A stretch of DNA of 64,000 nt from Nemertoderma westbladi. Its lineage: Eukaryota > Animalia > Xenacoelomorpha. Made by a program: the position numbers and the translations under genes. The notes beneath the pieces are model-generated. The model did not search any database. It saw only the letters and a program-made list of their open reading frames with translations, and was not told where the DNA came from. Shown here piece after piece: positions 38,701-49,733 of this stretch. Positions within the stretch are counted from its first letter, which is position 1. Each line of letters opens with the position of its first letter. The stretch spans positions 1-64,000 of the forward strand of contig JAUCBJ010006816.1 of the NCBI GenBank assembly GCA_032718475.1, written 5' to 3'.

Positions 38701-41700
38701 TGTAATTCAGTATTCTGCAATTACTATTCACCAGTTAGCTAACGGTAGAGCTACATAGTTTGTGGTTCTATAGTTAAAGGATCTCCGCATACGGGTACCG
38801 CTGTTACGGTTTATGGGTGTTATCACAAACTAGGGACAGGTGTCCCTTGATGGCCTAACTCTCGTAACTGTCAATAATAATAATAATAATAATACATATT
38901 TATTTATATAGCGCCTTTCTAGGCATATTTCAAGGCGCTTATTGAATAAAATTAACAATACGGTAAAAAAACAGTAAAAACATGTTGACATAAAAACATA
39001 TATACAATGATTTAAAATGAGTTAAAAAGGCGCATCATGGTACTCGCGTTGAAATAAAACAGTTTTCAGTTTCGATTTAAAAATTGTCAATGTAGTGGCT
39101 GATCGCACGTCGTAAGGTAGTGAGTTCCTAACACGTGGCCCGGCAATGGAGAAGGCGCGCCTACCATAGTTCTCTAGCGAGTACCGAGGGGTTACCAAAA
39201 GATTACCCGCGCTCGAACGTAAATTTCTACCGGGTGTGTATGGCGTCAATAAGTCGCTGAGATAATGCGGCGCCAAGCCATTCACACTCTTATAGCACAA
39301 CATTGCCTGTTTGAATTCCACCTGTCTAATAATAGGGAGCCAATGAAGTCGTTTTAGAACGGGAGTTATGTGTTCTCGCTTCTTGACACTTCCTAATAGT
39401 CGCGCGGCAGAGTTTTGTACATATTGCAACTTTTTCATATATTTGGCAGGCAATCCATAATAAAGAGAATTATTATTATCCAATTTACTTGTAATAAAAG
39501 CATGTATTAAGATTTCCAAGTCGGGTTTGCAGAGATATCGCTTGATTTTTGAGAGGTTCCGAAGATGGTAGAACGAGTCTCGCACAACATTGGAGATTTG
39601 TTTTTTAAAGGTAAGGTGCGAGTACATGATGAAACCTATATTGCGCGCGTGATCACGTGATCACACACGTGATCACTGTTAGATATAAAATCATTTCCAA
39701 TATTAACTTTGATGAGGACAACTTGCTCACCAAATCGAGACTGCAGTAAAAGTACCTCGGTTTTATCTGAATTCATTTTTATAAAATGGTCCTTCATCCA
39801 AATTCTTACATCTCTGAGACAATTTTCGGTTATACTTACAGCATCCACATAATTAATAGGTTTGAATGATTATGTACAACGGCGTGTCGTCAGCATACAA
39901 ATGGAGAGAAAGGCCGTATTTTCTGATTACCTGTGATAGTGAACGAGTATATATCGAAAAAAGTAGTGGACCAAGCACTGATCCTTGGGGTAATCCAAAC
40001 TTAATATCTTTGTGCTTGGAATAAGACTCCCCAATCCTGACTCCTTGTGTTCGTCCATGGAGATATTATTTGAACCAATTCAATGCCGTCCCACGAACCC
40101 CGATATAATTATCCATGATATATATTAGTTTATTGTGATCGACAGTGTCAAATGCGGCACTTAGATCTAATAATATCAGCAGCACTGTTGAGCCACCATC
40201 AATTTCACGCAATATATCGTTGTTGACCTTCAATAAAGCAGTTTCTGTGCCATGGAACTGCCGGTAGGCACTCTGCATTGTTACGATTACTGATATTACT
40301 ACTATTATTACTATTACTGTCACATAAATCTAATGAATACGATACGAACCCGAGATAACGAATCCAGCGGCAGTGCTGCATTGCGATTCGATGGTTTCCC
40401 TGAGTAAACCGACCAATTGGGGCTCGAGCGGGCGTGTGGAGTCTACCACGGTGTCGTACTGAGGGTAATGAGACCTAGCCTCAGTGGTGACGTCAGAGAC
40501 AGAATTAAACAATAAATGCTGCACCGGAAGATGTATGTAACCGTACCTAGTGAAATAAAGTAAACATGAAATAAAGTAAATAGCGATAAGAGGTAAAGAT
40601 AGAGGTAGATGGAGGATGGAGGATGTAGATAGAGAGATAGAGGTAAAGAGCGATTATAACAATGTAGTGAAATAAAGTAAAGATCGATTATAACAATGTA
40701 GTGAAATAAAGAAATAGAGGGAATATAACAATTAGTGAAATAAAGTAATGAGCTATTATAACAATGTAGTGAAATAAAGTAAATAGCGATTATAACAATG
40801 TAGTGAAATAAAGGGCATATTCTCACTGGTGAAAGAAAATACGATATTGAAGTAAAGTTTAGACTTCACTGAACGTAGCATCACTCTGCAGAAACAACCT
40901 GACACATTTTTACAGAGCGTTGCTGCATCGACTACACATTATTTCCCTCAACACGCTACTTTATAACTTCGACTACAAATTACTTCTCTACCTTGCTACT
41001 TTATTACCTCTTCTACACATTATTTCCTTCAACATGCTACTTTATTAGGCACTTGTGTCAAATAGGGGACCCTCATAACCTGCTAATCCTGAAATCACAT
41101 AAACTTCGGTTAGTAAAGGAGCAGGTTACAAAGACGAGATGAAAGGAACCAAAACAATAAACGAGAGTTAGGAATATTGTTATCACCTGCTAAATATCAG
41201 GATTAGCAGGTGATTTCAGTTAGCAGATAGGAGGGTCCCCTATTTAACACCAGTGCCCTTTATTACCTCCACTACACATTATTTCCCTGTTCTCTGAACA
41301 TTATTTCCCTTACCTCTCTGCGATTTTCTCCGCTTGACGGTCTTTCCCGGATCCTGGACTCCCGACGAGGAAGACAATCCTGTAACTCCTTTGCGGCGCC
41401 GCGTTACTAGACCAGATCCCCGGTAACGGGGTCCCTCCAACGCCCTCCGGCGGTTCGGTAACGTAACGCGGGGGCGGCCCTTCCTCCTCGGTCTGGACGC
41501 CGTTGTCGTCCCGTTCCGGGACGATCGGAGGCAGCGGCTCCGACGCGAACGTCGACCACCGGATGCCGTCCGGTCCGGCGTTCCGGGCAGTCCGGAGGCA
41601 CTGCTCCAGGTAGGCTACCGGGTCCGACGGACGGTTGTACATGACCCCCGCCATTAAACTCTCGAACAGCTGCGGAATCTCTTTAACCGCTACGTAGTCT

Positions 41701-41756
41701 TTCGCTTGCTCACGGTAGGTAACCCGTGGTGGTTTTAACTCAGCGTCATCAGACAT
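22639..41756 (-). CDS. AK5: Adenylate kinase 5-like gene (N-terminal dimerization/docking domain plus two AK domains); exons 41756-41314, 40546-40350, 38113-37959, 35753-35606, 33829-33740, 33483-33262, 22975-22941, 22828-22639; 3' end not located
   Basis: All introns are GT-AG with compatible phases. Motifs: AKDYVAVKEIPQLFESLMAGVMYNRPSDPVAYLEQCL (AK5 N-terminus), GSPGSGK, RYGYIHL, GFVISGFPR, DRDEDEIFYD, and a second domain [35 protein letters not shown]. The linker exons rest only on phase and splice signals. Confidence 0.85.
24187..24302 (-). ncRNA. tRNA-like Pol III element containing a type I hammerhead ribozyme (copy 1, canonical GUA cleavage triplet)
   Basis: Minus strand: A box TGGCTGAGCTGG; stem I AGCGCTA; CTGATGA; stem II GGCCT-GGT-AGGCC; GAAA; CGTACG-TA; TAGCGCT; B box GGTTCAACC. 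Confidence 0.8.
24471..25649 (-). repeat. 3' LTR of the non-autonomous element
   Basis: Direct repeat of 31721-32901. Confidence 0.95.
25727..27276 (-). pseudogene. Internally deleted, fragmented copy of the element's extra (ORF3-like) gene
   Basis: The N-terminus MTELIEDDLGIRE.. matches the 48092 ORF, and the C-terminus ..KKLRKRRPRKKD matches the end at 44309. The exonuclease/Zn-knuckle middle is missing (junction EKHIDS|YRARERE, ~26085). Contains stops and frameshifts. Confidence 0.85.
27533..29537 (-). CDS. Gag-position ORF of the non-autonomous element (~670 aa if a one-base shift at the A7 run 28379-28385 is corrected); helical/coiled-coil AEAERK repeats
   Basis: First ORF after the 5' LTR and leader. 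The 460-aa and 299-aa ORFs join at a homopolymer. Gag identity is inferred from position only; no zinc knuckle is seen. Confidence 0.55.
30875..31448. repeat. ~290-bp tandem duplication in the element's 5' leader (a ~120-bp duplication also lies at ~29670-29920)
   Basis: TACGCTAC...CAAATTATCT occurs twice, period ~290. Confidence 0.85.
31721..32901 (-). repeat. 5' LTR of the non-autonomous element
   Basis: Direct repeat of 24471-25649. The sense strand has CCAATCAGAG, TATA-like TATACAGA and Inr-like TCAGTC. Confidence 0.95.
32951..33077 (+). ncRNA. tRNA-like Pol III element containing a type I hammerhead ribozyme (copy 2, GCA at the cleavage triplet, probably impaired)
   Basis: A box TGGCTGAACTGG; AGCGCTA (32968-32974); CTGATGA (32975-32981); GGCCT-GTT-AGGCC; GAAA (32995-32998); CGTACG-CA; TAGCGCT (33007-33013); GGTTCAACC. 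Confidence 0.75.
34839..35615. repeat. 20-bp minisatellite (CTCACCTGGTCTATCGGTAT), ~39 copies, spanning the AK5 exon 4 donor
   Basis: Read directly. The minus-strand unit is GATAGACCAG|GTGAGATACC. Confidence 0.97.
35860..36480 (-). mobile_element. RTE-type LINE 3' fragment
   Basis: FFRATVESVFLYGGETWTLTK..RIDGCYTRLLRAALNISWRQHMTN, with VDDFQYLGSW upstream. Confidence 0.8.
36912..37860. mobile_element. hAT-like MITE
   Basis: TIR TAGGGGTGTGCCGGAT / ATCCGGCACATCCCTA, 8-bp TSD GTTATCTA, and subterminal CCGG-rich repeats. Confidence 0.85.
38873..40290 (-). mobile_element. L2/CR1-group LINE, 5'-truncated and degenerate, in AK5 intron 2
   Basis: QSAYRQFHGTETALLKV, LLDLSAAFDTVDH, PQGSVLGPLLF, HLYADDT, HITPVLKRLHWLP, and a (TTA)n tail at ~38873-38893. 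Confidence 0.9.
41048..41257. mobile_element. MITE, possibly Merlin-type
   Basis: ~27-bp TIRs GGCACTTGTGTCAAATAGGGGACCCTC / GAGGGTCCCCTATTTAACACCAGTGCC, an 8-bp TSD CTTTATTA, and GG termini. Confidence 0.7.
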
Positions 41757-43041
41757 TTTGCTTGTCAAGAATCCTACCTTTCACGTACAAAATTCTTCCT
41801 AGAGAATCGTAAAGTTTATTGTGGTTGATTCGCGTTTAATTAATGTTGCTTAATAGACCCCAAAATCAGAAAATAATTTGCAAATTTGTTACTTATTCAA
41901 TCGCACTCAGAATAAAAAATCTAAATTTACCTACTGGTAGCGTAGCGCGTAACAGTAGTAGCAGTCCAGTCAGTACTGAAGTAGGCCTACTGCTCTCATA
42001 GATTACAGTATCATATTTATTTGTAGCCTACATGGACGCCTATATTAATTAGCTGACTCCCAGCTGCCAGCAGACACTCTGATATACAGTCATCAGGATC
42101 ACCGCAGCCATTGCCGTAACGGCAAATAATAAGCTAAGTATTATTTGTAGGAAGGCCAGGACACCTACGGTAGGTCGTAGGCTTATAAACACACTGACAG
42201 TCCCGAATCTAACTTATAAGTTATTGTTTACAGTGTAGCTAGGCAACACATATGAGTGGGAATTTGAAATCATATTGTTAAGTATTCTCATTAAAGTACA
42301 ATAGCAAACAAAGCAAAATTGAAATGCTTTTAAGAGTATTATTATCTGACGGGTTGTTAATTGTTGAAAAAGTTATTTAGTTGCTGAAAGCGTGAAGAAA
42401 ATAACAATTAATTGAAGGCAATGGTCGCTCTGTTATCCTAGAAATTACTTTACTCACGCCGTTGCCGCGGGCCAGCCAGCATAGGGGATACTTTTTGGTA
42501 ACCATCTGGAACTTTTATTTTTGGGTAGACCTATGTTTTGGCCATTCATTTTGAAATGATAACAAATCTGAATCAGTAGCTGACTTGGTGTTATCAGCGG
42601 TTGTCATGGAAATGGCAAAATAACAAACATGCTGTAGTAGTCTAAGAACTCAATATAAATTCTTCGCATCTTCTGAAAAAGATAGCTTACAAAAGAGTCT
42701 TACAATTCTAAATGTGTCATAAAATTCTGGAGTATAATTATTGTTGCCATGGGAGCGCTGCTAAATTAAAACTGACATGTTTTAGAAAATTGGCTACCAT
42801 TCTAGAACAATATCATTATTTTAAAAACAAATTGTTAAATATTAGTTTTGGAAAACTTTGGTATACTGAGAGCGAAACTTTTTTGTTATAACGGTTATAT
42901 ATATGGTACAAAAGTTATACCCATGTCTGAAATATTTTTCTTTATCAATATTTTAATCTCATTCCACTCTGTTCCAAAATTATGACAAAATATTTAGGTC
43001 AATGAAAAGCAATCAATCATAATATAACTACAGTACAATGC

Positions 43042-44230
43042 TGTTTGCGCTTTTGAAGACCTTTGACAGTTTAACCTGCCAAAATTAGAATGTCTTTTGG
43101 ATGATAGATAGTCTTTAGCCTATGACGAGTATTTGGTACACTACATTAGCCGAAGCCAGTCTATGCGCAATCATTCACCCGTTGGATATACCCGGGAGAC
43201 TGAGTTCGGAGCTTAATGATTGATGGTGTAAGCCTACTGTATAATTCGACTGATCGTAATATATAATCTCTGACAAATATTATTCACTTTCGGGAAATAT
43301 TAACAGTTCCTTTAGGACGTGGCGTTCTAAATATGTAAACAGAGTTATGACTTAAACTAGTCACAACGAAAAGGCTATAGATTAACGTATATGGCGCATT
43401 CTTTAGGAGATGCTTTGTTATCAGTTACAATCATACACAATGCTGCACAATACTGCACACTAATCTGCCGACCTTCACTAAGTTTGGTCATGTATAAAGA
43501 GAGCAACAGACAATTTATGTTGGGCATATGAAATAGCATTAGATTCACTTCAAACCACTCAACATATGTCGCAATTGTTTATCTGTAACCGGTCTCTCTA
43601 ACCTTTAGTATATCAAGAAGGTGGGGTGTCTGACTATTGATCAGTATTCCGATATAATATTTCATCAACAAATATAATGAACAACAGACAGCAAAAGCAG
43701 TAAAGTTAATAAGATATAATTAAGTTTGTTGAGTAAGTAAGTAGTTCGTTTGTGTAAATCGTTTGTAGCTCGTTTGATAACAGATATACGTCCTATAATT
43801 AAGCCTACTAATGTAAGACTAAAGACTGAAAACACGGAGGTGCCAAAAGCCGATGTTCTTAGGCTCTGGGCAAAAACATAACACTGAACTACTGAGTTCT
43901 GTATACACCTCCAACACAGAGACAAAAAACGCTCTGATTGGTCAACCGAACAACGAGAGAACAAAGAAACAAAGAAACGTCGACGTGGCAATATCAGCTG
44001 TTAGCCGTCGTCATGGTAGCGACACTGTTTTCAAGAGTATCCAGCTTATCGCGTCACGAGATTGCAGATTATGTCCTCTAAAGTACAAATACAGTACAAA
44101 TACAGAAGAAATGACTTTTATGTCCTCTAAAACACCAGTACAGCAAGGACACGGCCTTTTTATGCCTGGCAAACCAACTACAGAGTACTTTAAGGGAAAA
44201 TAACCGGTTAATGACGCAAAAGCTTTTACA
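43042..44230 (-). repeat. 3' LTR (diverged relative of the 24.5-kb and 31.7-kb LTRs)
   Basis: Colinear similarity over its whole length; TGTTTGCGC...TTTTACA termini. Confidence 0.9.
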
Positions 44231-44308
44231 CCGCTCCCAGAAAATGGGATTTAAGTCTATAAAATATAACAAATCACAGTTTCTAAAATATAAAAATACT
44301 CTAAACAG

Positions 44309-47300
44309 TTAGTCTTTCTTACGCGGACGGCGTTTACGGAGTTTTTTGAGGCTAGTAAGAGTCCTTTTCTCTTTGGGGCGAGCCACTTTACTAGGAGGGC
44401 TGTAACTCCTGGGTGAAGGGTGCAATACAATTGCATCAGAAGGTTTCGGATTGCGATCGGTGTATCCGCCGGTCGAGGTACCTGGTTGATCGATATCAAC
44501 TTCCGTGGAGCGAGGTCTAACAGCCTTTAGGGCGCGCCTCAGGACAGCAGCTCCTACGGGTCCTTGACGGGTTGTCTGGGCTATGGCGGTAGGCGGACCG
44601 TGGGTGGTAAGAAACTTCCTTGGTTTAATAGTTCTTTCCAGCTCGCGTTCTCGGGCTCGATATTCGTAGGGCCGTCGAGATACTTCCTGTAACTCAGGGT
44701 GCGAGTTGATAAATAAATCGCCATACTCAGGGTCTTGACGGATATAATTGATCAAATGGTATGAAGTAATATCGTTAGGATTGACATTCCTAAGGTATCT
44801 TCTAACAAATTTAGTGGAAATACACTCACCAACACGCTTCATTAGCTCGTAACTCGGTACGCGTGTTTTTTGTTCCACAGACGCTAATAAATAAGGATGG
44901 AACGCGTAAACTCCCTCGTAAGAGCGTCCAGGGTAGTATCGATGACAGGACTCACAATGTAAATCCGCGTTCGCTTCCCAAGCTCGAATGTAGCGCAGGG
45001 TAATCATTTCGTCTACACTCTCTAAATCGTGATTAAAGGGGCAATTATAACTGGCATGTCCTTTAAGTTGACAGTGGTGGCATTGAGTCATAAATTGGGG
45101 GCAGACTGCAAAAATATGAGAGTTATTAAGTCTGCAATACGCACAATATATCTCCATCATTGGTTGATCGTGGAAATAGGAACAGGGTACGTCTGAGTCC
45201 ATAGGGGTGAAATGGTCTCTCGATGCGCATAATCGACAACGTTTTCGAGAAACATAGTTAGCGTGTCGATAATCGTATGCGGTGAGACATTGTGGACCTT
45301 GATACCACTCTAAGACGTAGTCGTTATCGCTGCTCCGGGGCGCCGTAGGCTGAATCGCTTCAGCTTCTAAGCATATTGGCTCATCTTCCAATTGCATAGC
45401 TGAGGTAGGTGCGGCTGTCTCCGCAAGCGGACCCACTGTCTGAACTTCGACGACAGAATAACCCGTGGGTATTCGGGGTCTTTGTATAACAGATGAGTGC
45501 AAGTTCTGTATACAAACGTCCTGAAAAAGGGCAAATCCCGCGCTGTTTAGTTTCTCCGCTGCTGAGTCTCTCAGGCTGAGTTTGGTCAGAGCGCGGTCCT
45601 TGAACTGACTATCAACGTTACGGAACGGAGTCAGAAAGCGCCTGAAACATTCAAAGCGGATGAATTTATTGTGTTCATCTAACTTGGCGAGTTTGGTTCC
45701 AAGTATTAAGGGATGGGCGCGTATGGTACGACTGCACACATCGGCTAGCCAACCGGCAAGTGCTGCGTTTTCAAAGATCGTGTATATAGCTAAGGAGGGA
45801 CGAAGTGGAACACTCATAAAGCTATACACGGCGCCAGGTGCGGTCAATGGTCCATCAAAGTATAAACGAGAATAATGATCTCCGTACACTTGTTGGTAAT
45901 TTATAGGATTTCCAACCTTGAAATTCCATCCGTATTCTTGAAAGGCAAGATGTCCGATGGAGGTTCGTTGTACTTTGGTAATTCCGCTGGGTGTATTGGC
46001 ATATGTAGTGCGGAAGAAACCTCGGCCTTCTGCCCAAGGAGCAATCAGCTGAGTATCAACGAAGGGGTATGGAATGTTCTCCATATTCCGAAAGTCGTTC
46101 TGTAGGTCTCCATAAACAGCTGAGCCGATTTTAAGGATTCCTTCGTTAAACAGCATCTCGAGCACGGGTTGGGGTAACATCGATCCATCGATACCCATGG
46201 CCGGCTTGCGCTCGGTGTCGGTGACGTAACGCTGCGCGAGTTCAAATTGTCCATGTCGGAGTTTCTTTTGTATCTCAGTAAGAGTTTCAAAAGAATAATC
46301 AATAACGTCGGAACACGCTCGAGTAAATACGTGGGTAGAACCAGCGAGTCCTCGTATGTGTATCATCCGCGTAGTTCCAAGTTCTCCAACCGGAACGCTA
46401 CCTTCGTTATCGTAAGTGACAACTCCATACATCTCGATAACGTTAAGAGTTTCGTTCCACTCTTTAGTGGCGTTTTCGAGTGTCATTCCCACAGGATGCC
46501 ACAAGGTAGCACATTCGCTAGCATTAGGCAGGTCTTTATACTTTAAACATTGTGTGGTATATGTTTCCACATCTCCATATTGTTGTATTCTTTCCTCCTC
46601 GAATAACACATCAAGATTCCAGTGCACTAAACGAGTTTTGATGAATCCATCAAGATTATACGGAGGTATTGTTTCTTTCTCTATTCTGGAAACATTATAT
46701 GGTTTTCGAAACGAGTTCACTTTAACTAACTGATCGAGATGTTTCTGCAGTTGTTCGAGTTCGACAAGATCGAGAGGATTTATTAACGGTAGAAACTTCA
46801 GACTATGTGTAGGATCTTCCAGTTTTACCATGTAATATTGTTTTAGATTGACGTAATAAGGGTGATCTTTGATCCCATAAAACGAGTCCGGTAAAGGTCT
46901 AGCGCGTATGTTTACATCGTGTACCATGCGACGGACAAGATCCGCTCTATTGTCCGGAGGTTCAACGAGTATACCATCGACACGAGCGGGTTCGATGGGC
47001 GGACGCTGCAACAGAGGAGCGTCGGCGATAAGATCGCGAGATCTTAGATTGATATCAACCGGTTGGGGTTGTGCCGTCGCAAAAAGTTTGTCTCCGAAAT
47101 GGGGAACCATCGAGGGATGAAGAATGGTTTTAGAGTAGAGATCCGTCATAAGGATTTGCGCTTCTGGTTGAGCTAAAGCCGCTTCTTCTCTCTCATCCAG
47201 TTCTATATGTCTCTCCTCGAGCTGATTCTCCTCCGCTTGTTGTTGTAGACGCTCACCTAGAAACTCTTGCAAAGAGTAGGTTCGTCCACGTTCGATGTCC

Positions 47301-48092
47301 TCCTCGCTTGAAACTGTTTCGCTCGAAACTTCCGTAAGTATATCGTGTAAAACTGTGTTTAGCGCAACGTCTCCGCGGATGTTTATGTCTTTCCGTTTGC
47401 TGGTTGGGTCTAGGGCATTCGTCACAGTAATACCAAAGACGCATGTCCTGCAGAGGAAACGCGGGTGATCGTTCTCCAGTTTTACAATATTCCTCCATCT
47501 GTTCGAAGCTATCTGGGACAACAGGTAGCGGTCGATCGGCGGTAAGATACATCATAGTGAAATAGAGTCGTTTGAGTTCTATCATAGGATCATGATGTAT
47601 ACCTTGAGGATATCGAGTTTCGAGATTTTGTTGACTGGCAATATTGAGGTATGTTTCTCTCAAGAATTCCAGATAATCGTTGAAGTCGTTGCGTTTATCC
47701 GGTTCTTCAACGTCTTCTCTTTCGAGTCGGTTTCGAATAGAGTTCTCGTGTTCTATTCTTGGCTTATCGTTCCGATTCCGTTGGGTATGGTATTTAAATA
47801 AAACCATTTCCCTTTCGGTATCCACATCGTCCGTATCGTGTAAATCGATAGGGTGGCCAGTGGTTAAGAAGTCCATATACGTACCATTACGATGCGTATA
47901 GCGAGCGGTGAACTTTCTATAGTCCAATTCACGCGTAAGTTGCTCCGGGGACATCGGCGGTTCGATATAACGACCATCATCCTCCGTAGTAGTTGGACCA
48001 GCGTCGCCGCGTATCAAGCTATCGACAAACGCTTGTAAAGGTAGAGTATATCGCTCTCTGATGCCAAGATCATCTTCTATCAACTCAGTCAT
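44309..48092 (-). CDS. Extra retrotransposon ORF: N-terminal Cys/His motif, DEDDy (WRN/EXD2/MUT-7-like) 3'-5' exonuclease-like domain, Zn knuckles, basic C-terminal NLS; split by a single-base frameshift near 47270
   Basis: ExoI VVTYDNEG (~46400-46420), ExoII LPQPVLEMLFNEGILKIGSAVYGD, FVDTQ, SIGHLA, ExoIII-like PLRPSLAIYTIFENA. Knuckles CRLCASRDH, CAYCRLNNSHIFAVC and CHHCQLKGHASYNC. Tail KKLRKRRPRKKD. Confidence 0.75.
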
Positions 48093-49733
48093 ATCTGCTA
48101 TGAGTTTATCAATATTATAATGAGTCTATATAGATTAGGCTAGCGGGCGTCGCTGCCTACCCCTCTTTTGCCCCCGGACAGTGTAAGATCCTCAGCGCCG
48201 ATGTACCGTCGTCGCTGTGCTTTCGCCAACGATGTAGCTACACAACGACAACGATAACCGGCACAAGTCACTTAACTGTCCGTCCCAAAGGCTTAGATGT
48301 ACTGCAGGTTCTTCTTGGAGAGTTAGGGTTACTTTCACAATTGCGACTCGCTACTGTAAACACACCTTAGTAGTAACATTCACCTACAAACGCACAAATT
48401 CAACACAACTGCAACAAACTGCACACATTCGGGCCATTTGTCCGTTAGTCAGTACCTTCCAGAATGTCACTGTATTTATTATGTATCCTTGGATACTAGC
48501 AGTGCGCTATTTATTCCCTATGCTATTCAATGGGGCATGCTTTCTATTGTTCTTTTAACTCACTTCTAATTCTAGCGTGGTAGTTGCCATGGTGACATTA
48601 TGGAAAGCTAGCGGTAGAATTAGGGTAATTCTCATGCATACAGATCTGGGATGCTATTTAATAGTAATTCTTTAATGGTCAATATCCCCTTTATACATGA
48701 TTCTATGAATTTTATCGGCTATTGACTATGCATTGGAGATTCTCGCACACAAATACACTTAATAAAGTGAATCTCCGCTCCCATGATCTATTAATTAATG
48801 GAATTTTGGGAATGTTATAAATTGTACAAAATGACAATTTATTAAATTCATTTAAAGTATGAATTTAAATTTATTCCCGTGAATTTTATTATTTGATGTT
48901 AAATAGACACAATTTTATTCCAGAACGTGTCTGGGGACTGGGATCCTTGATTCTAGGAATTTTGTCCTTTTAAGAATATCGGTAAGTGCTACGATATCTT
49001 AATCGACTAGAATTTTAAAGGATCTGATATTTGACAGATTTTTGCAAATATTAATAATTAATATTTAGGATGGGCACCAGTTTATTCCAGAACTTGTCTG
49101 GGGACGTTAACCATTGATTCTAGAAATTTGTCTTTCAAGTATATCGGTGGGTGCCGCGATATCTTAATCGACTAGAATTACAGATGGTCAAAGGGTTTAA
49201 CAGATTTATTTTGCATTATACGCTACTGTTAAAGGGACATCACGCTACTATATGTATTATTTAATATACGGTATGAGAGCAATATCGCACGAAGCAATGT
49301 CAGTGTGAAGAGGCAAGTCGTTTCCAAGGTCTACCCAGAGCTTGGCTTAGCCGAGACACGAGGATCTGAACTTTGCATTCCTAATACTCTGCCTACCAAT
49401 AATACTTAAATATAGTAGTGGCTTTATTGTACTTTAATAAGTACGGACATTTCATCTTACTGTAGTCGCGTATTTATAATATAATACGGGCAGTAAGGAA
49501 AGAGAAAAAGAATTATTTCTCGCCGTCGCACTAAATATATAATATACGTAATTAAATAATAAACGCGAATATATATTGCACTAATCTACTAAATAATCTC
49601 TAAAATACCATACTACTAAATAAAATTAAATAAAACGATTAAAATAAAATTACATAATAATACATACATAAATATAAAAATAAAACAAATACAAATATAA
49701 AATAATATGGTCACACACCCACTCCAGCCGTTT

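Noticed and set aside
44309-47521. Envelope glycoprotein
   Set aside because: No signal peptide or C-terminal TM anchor; it has nuclease motifs, knuckles and an NLS instead.
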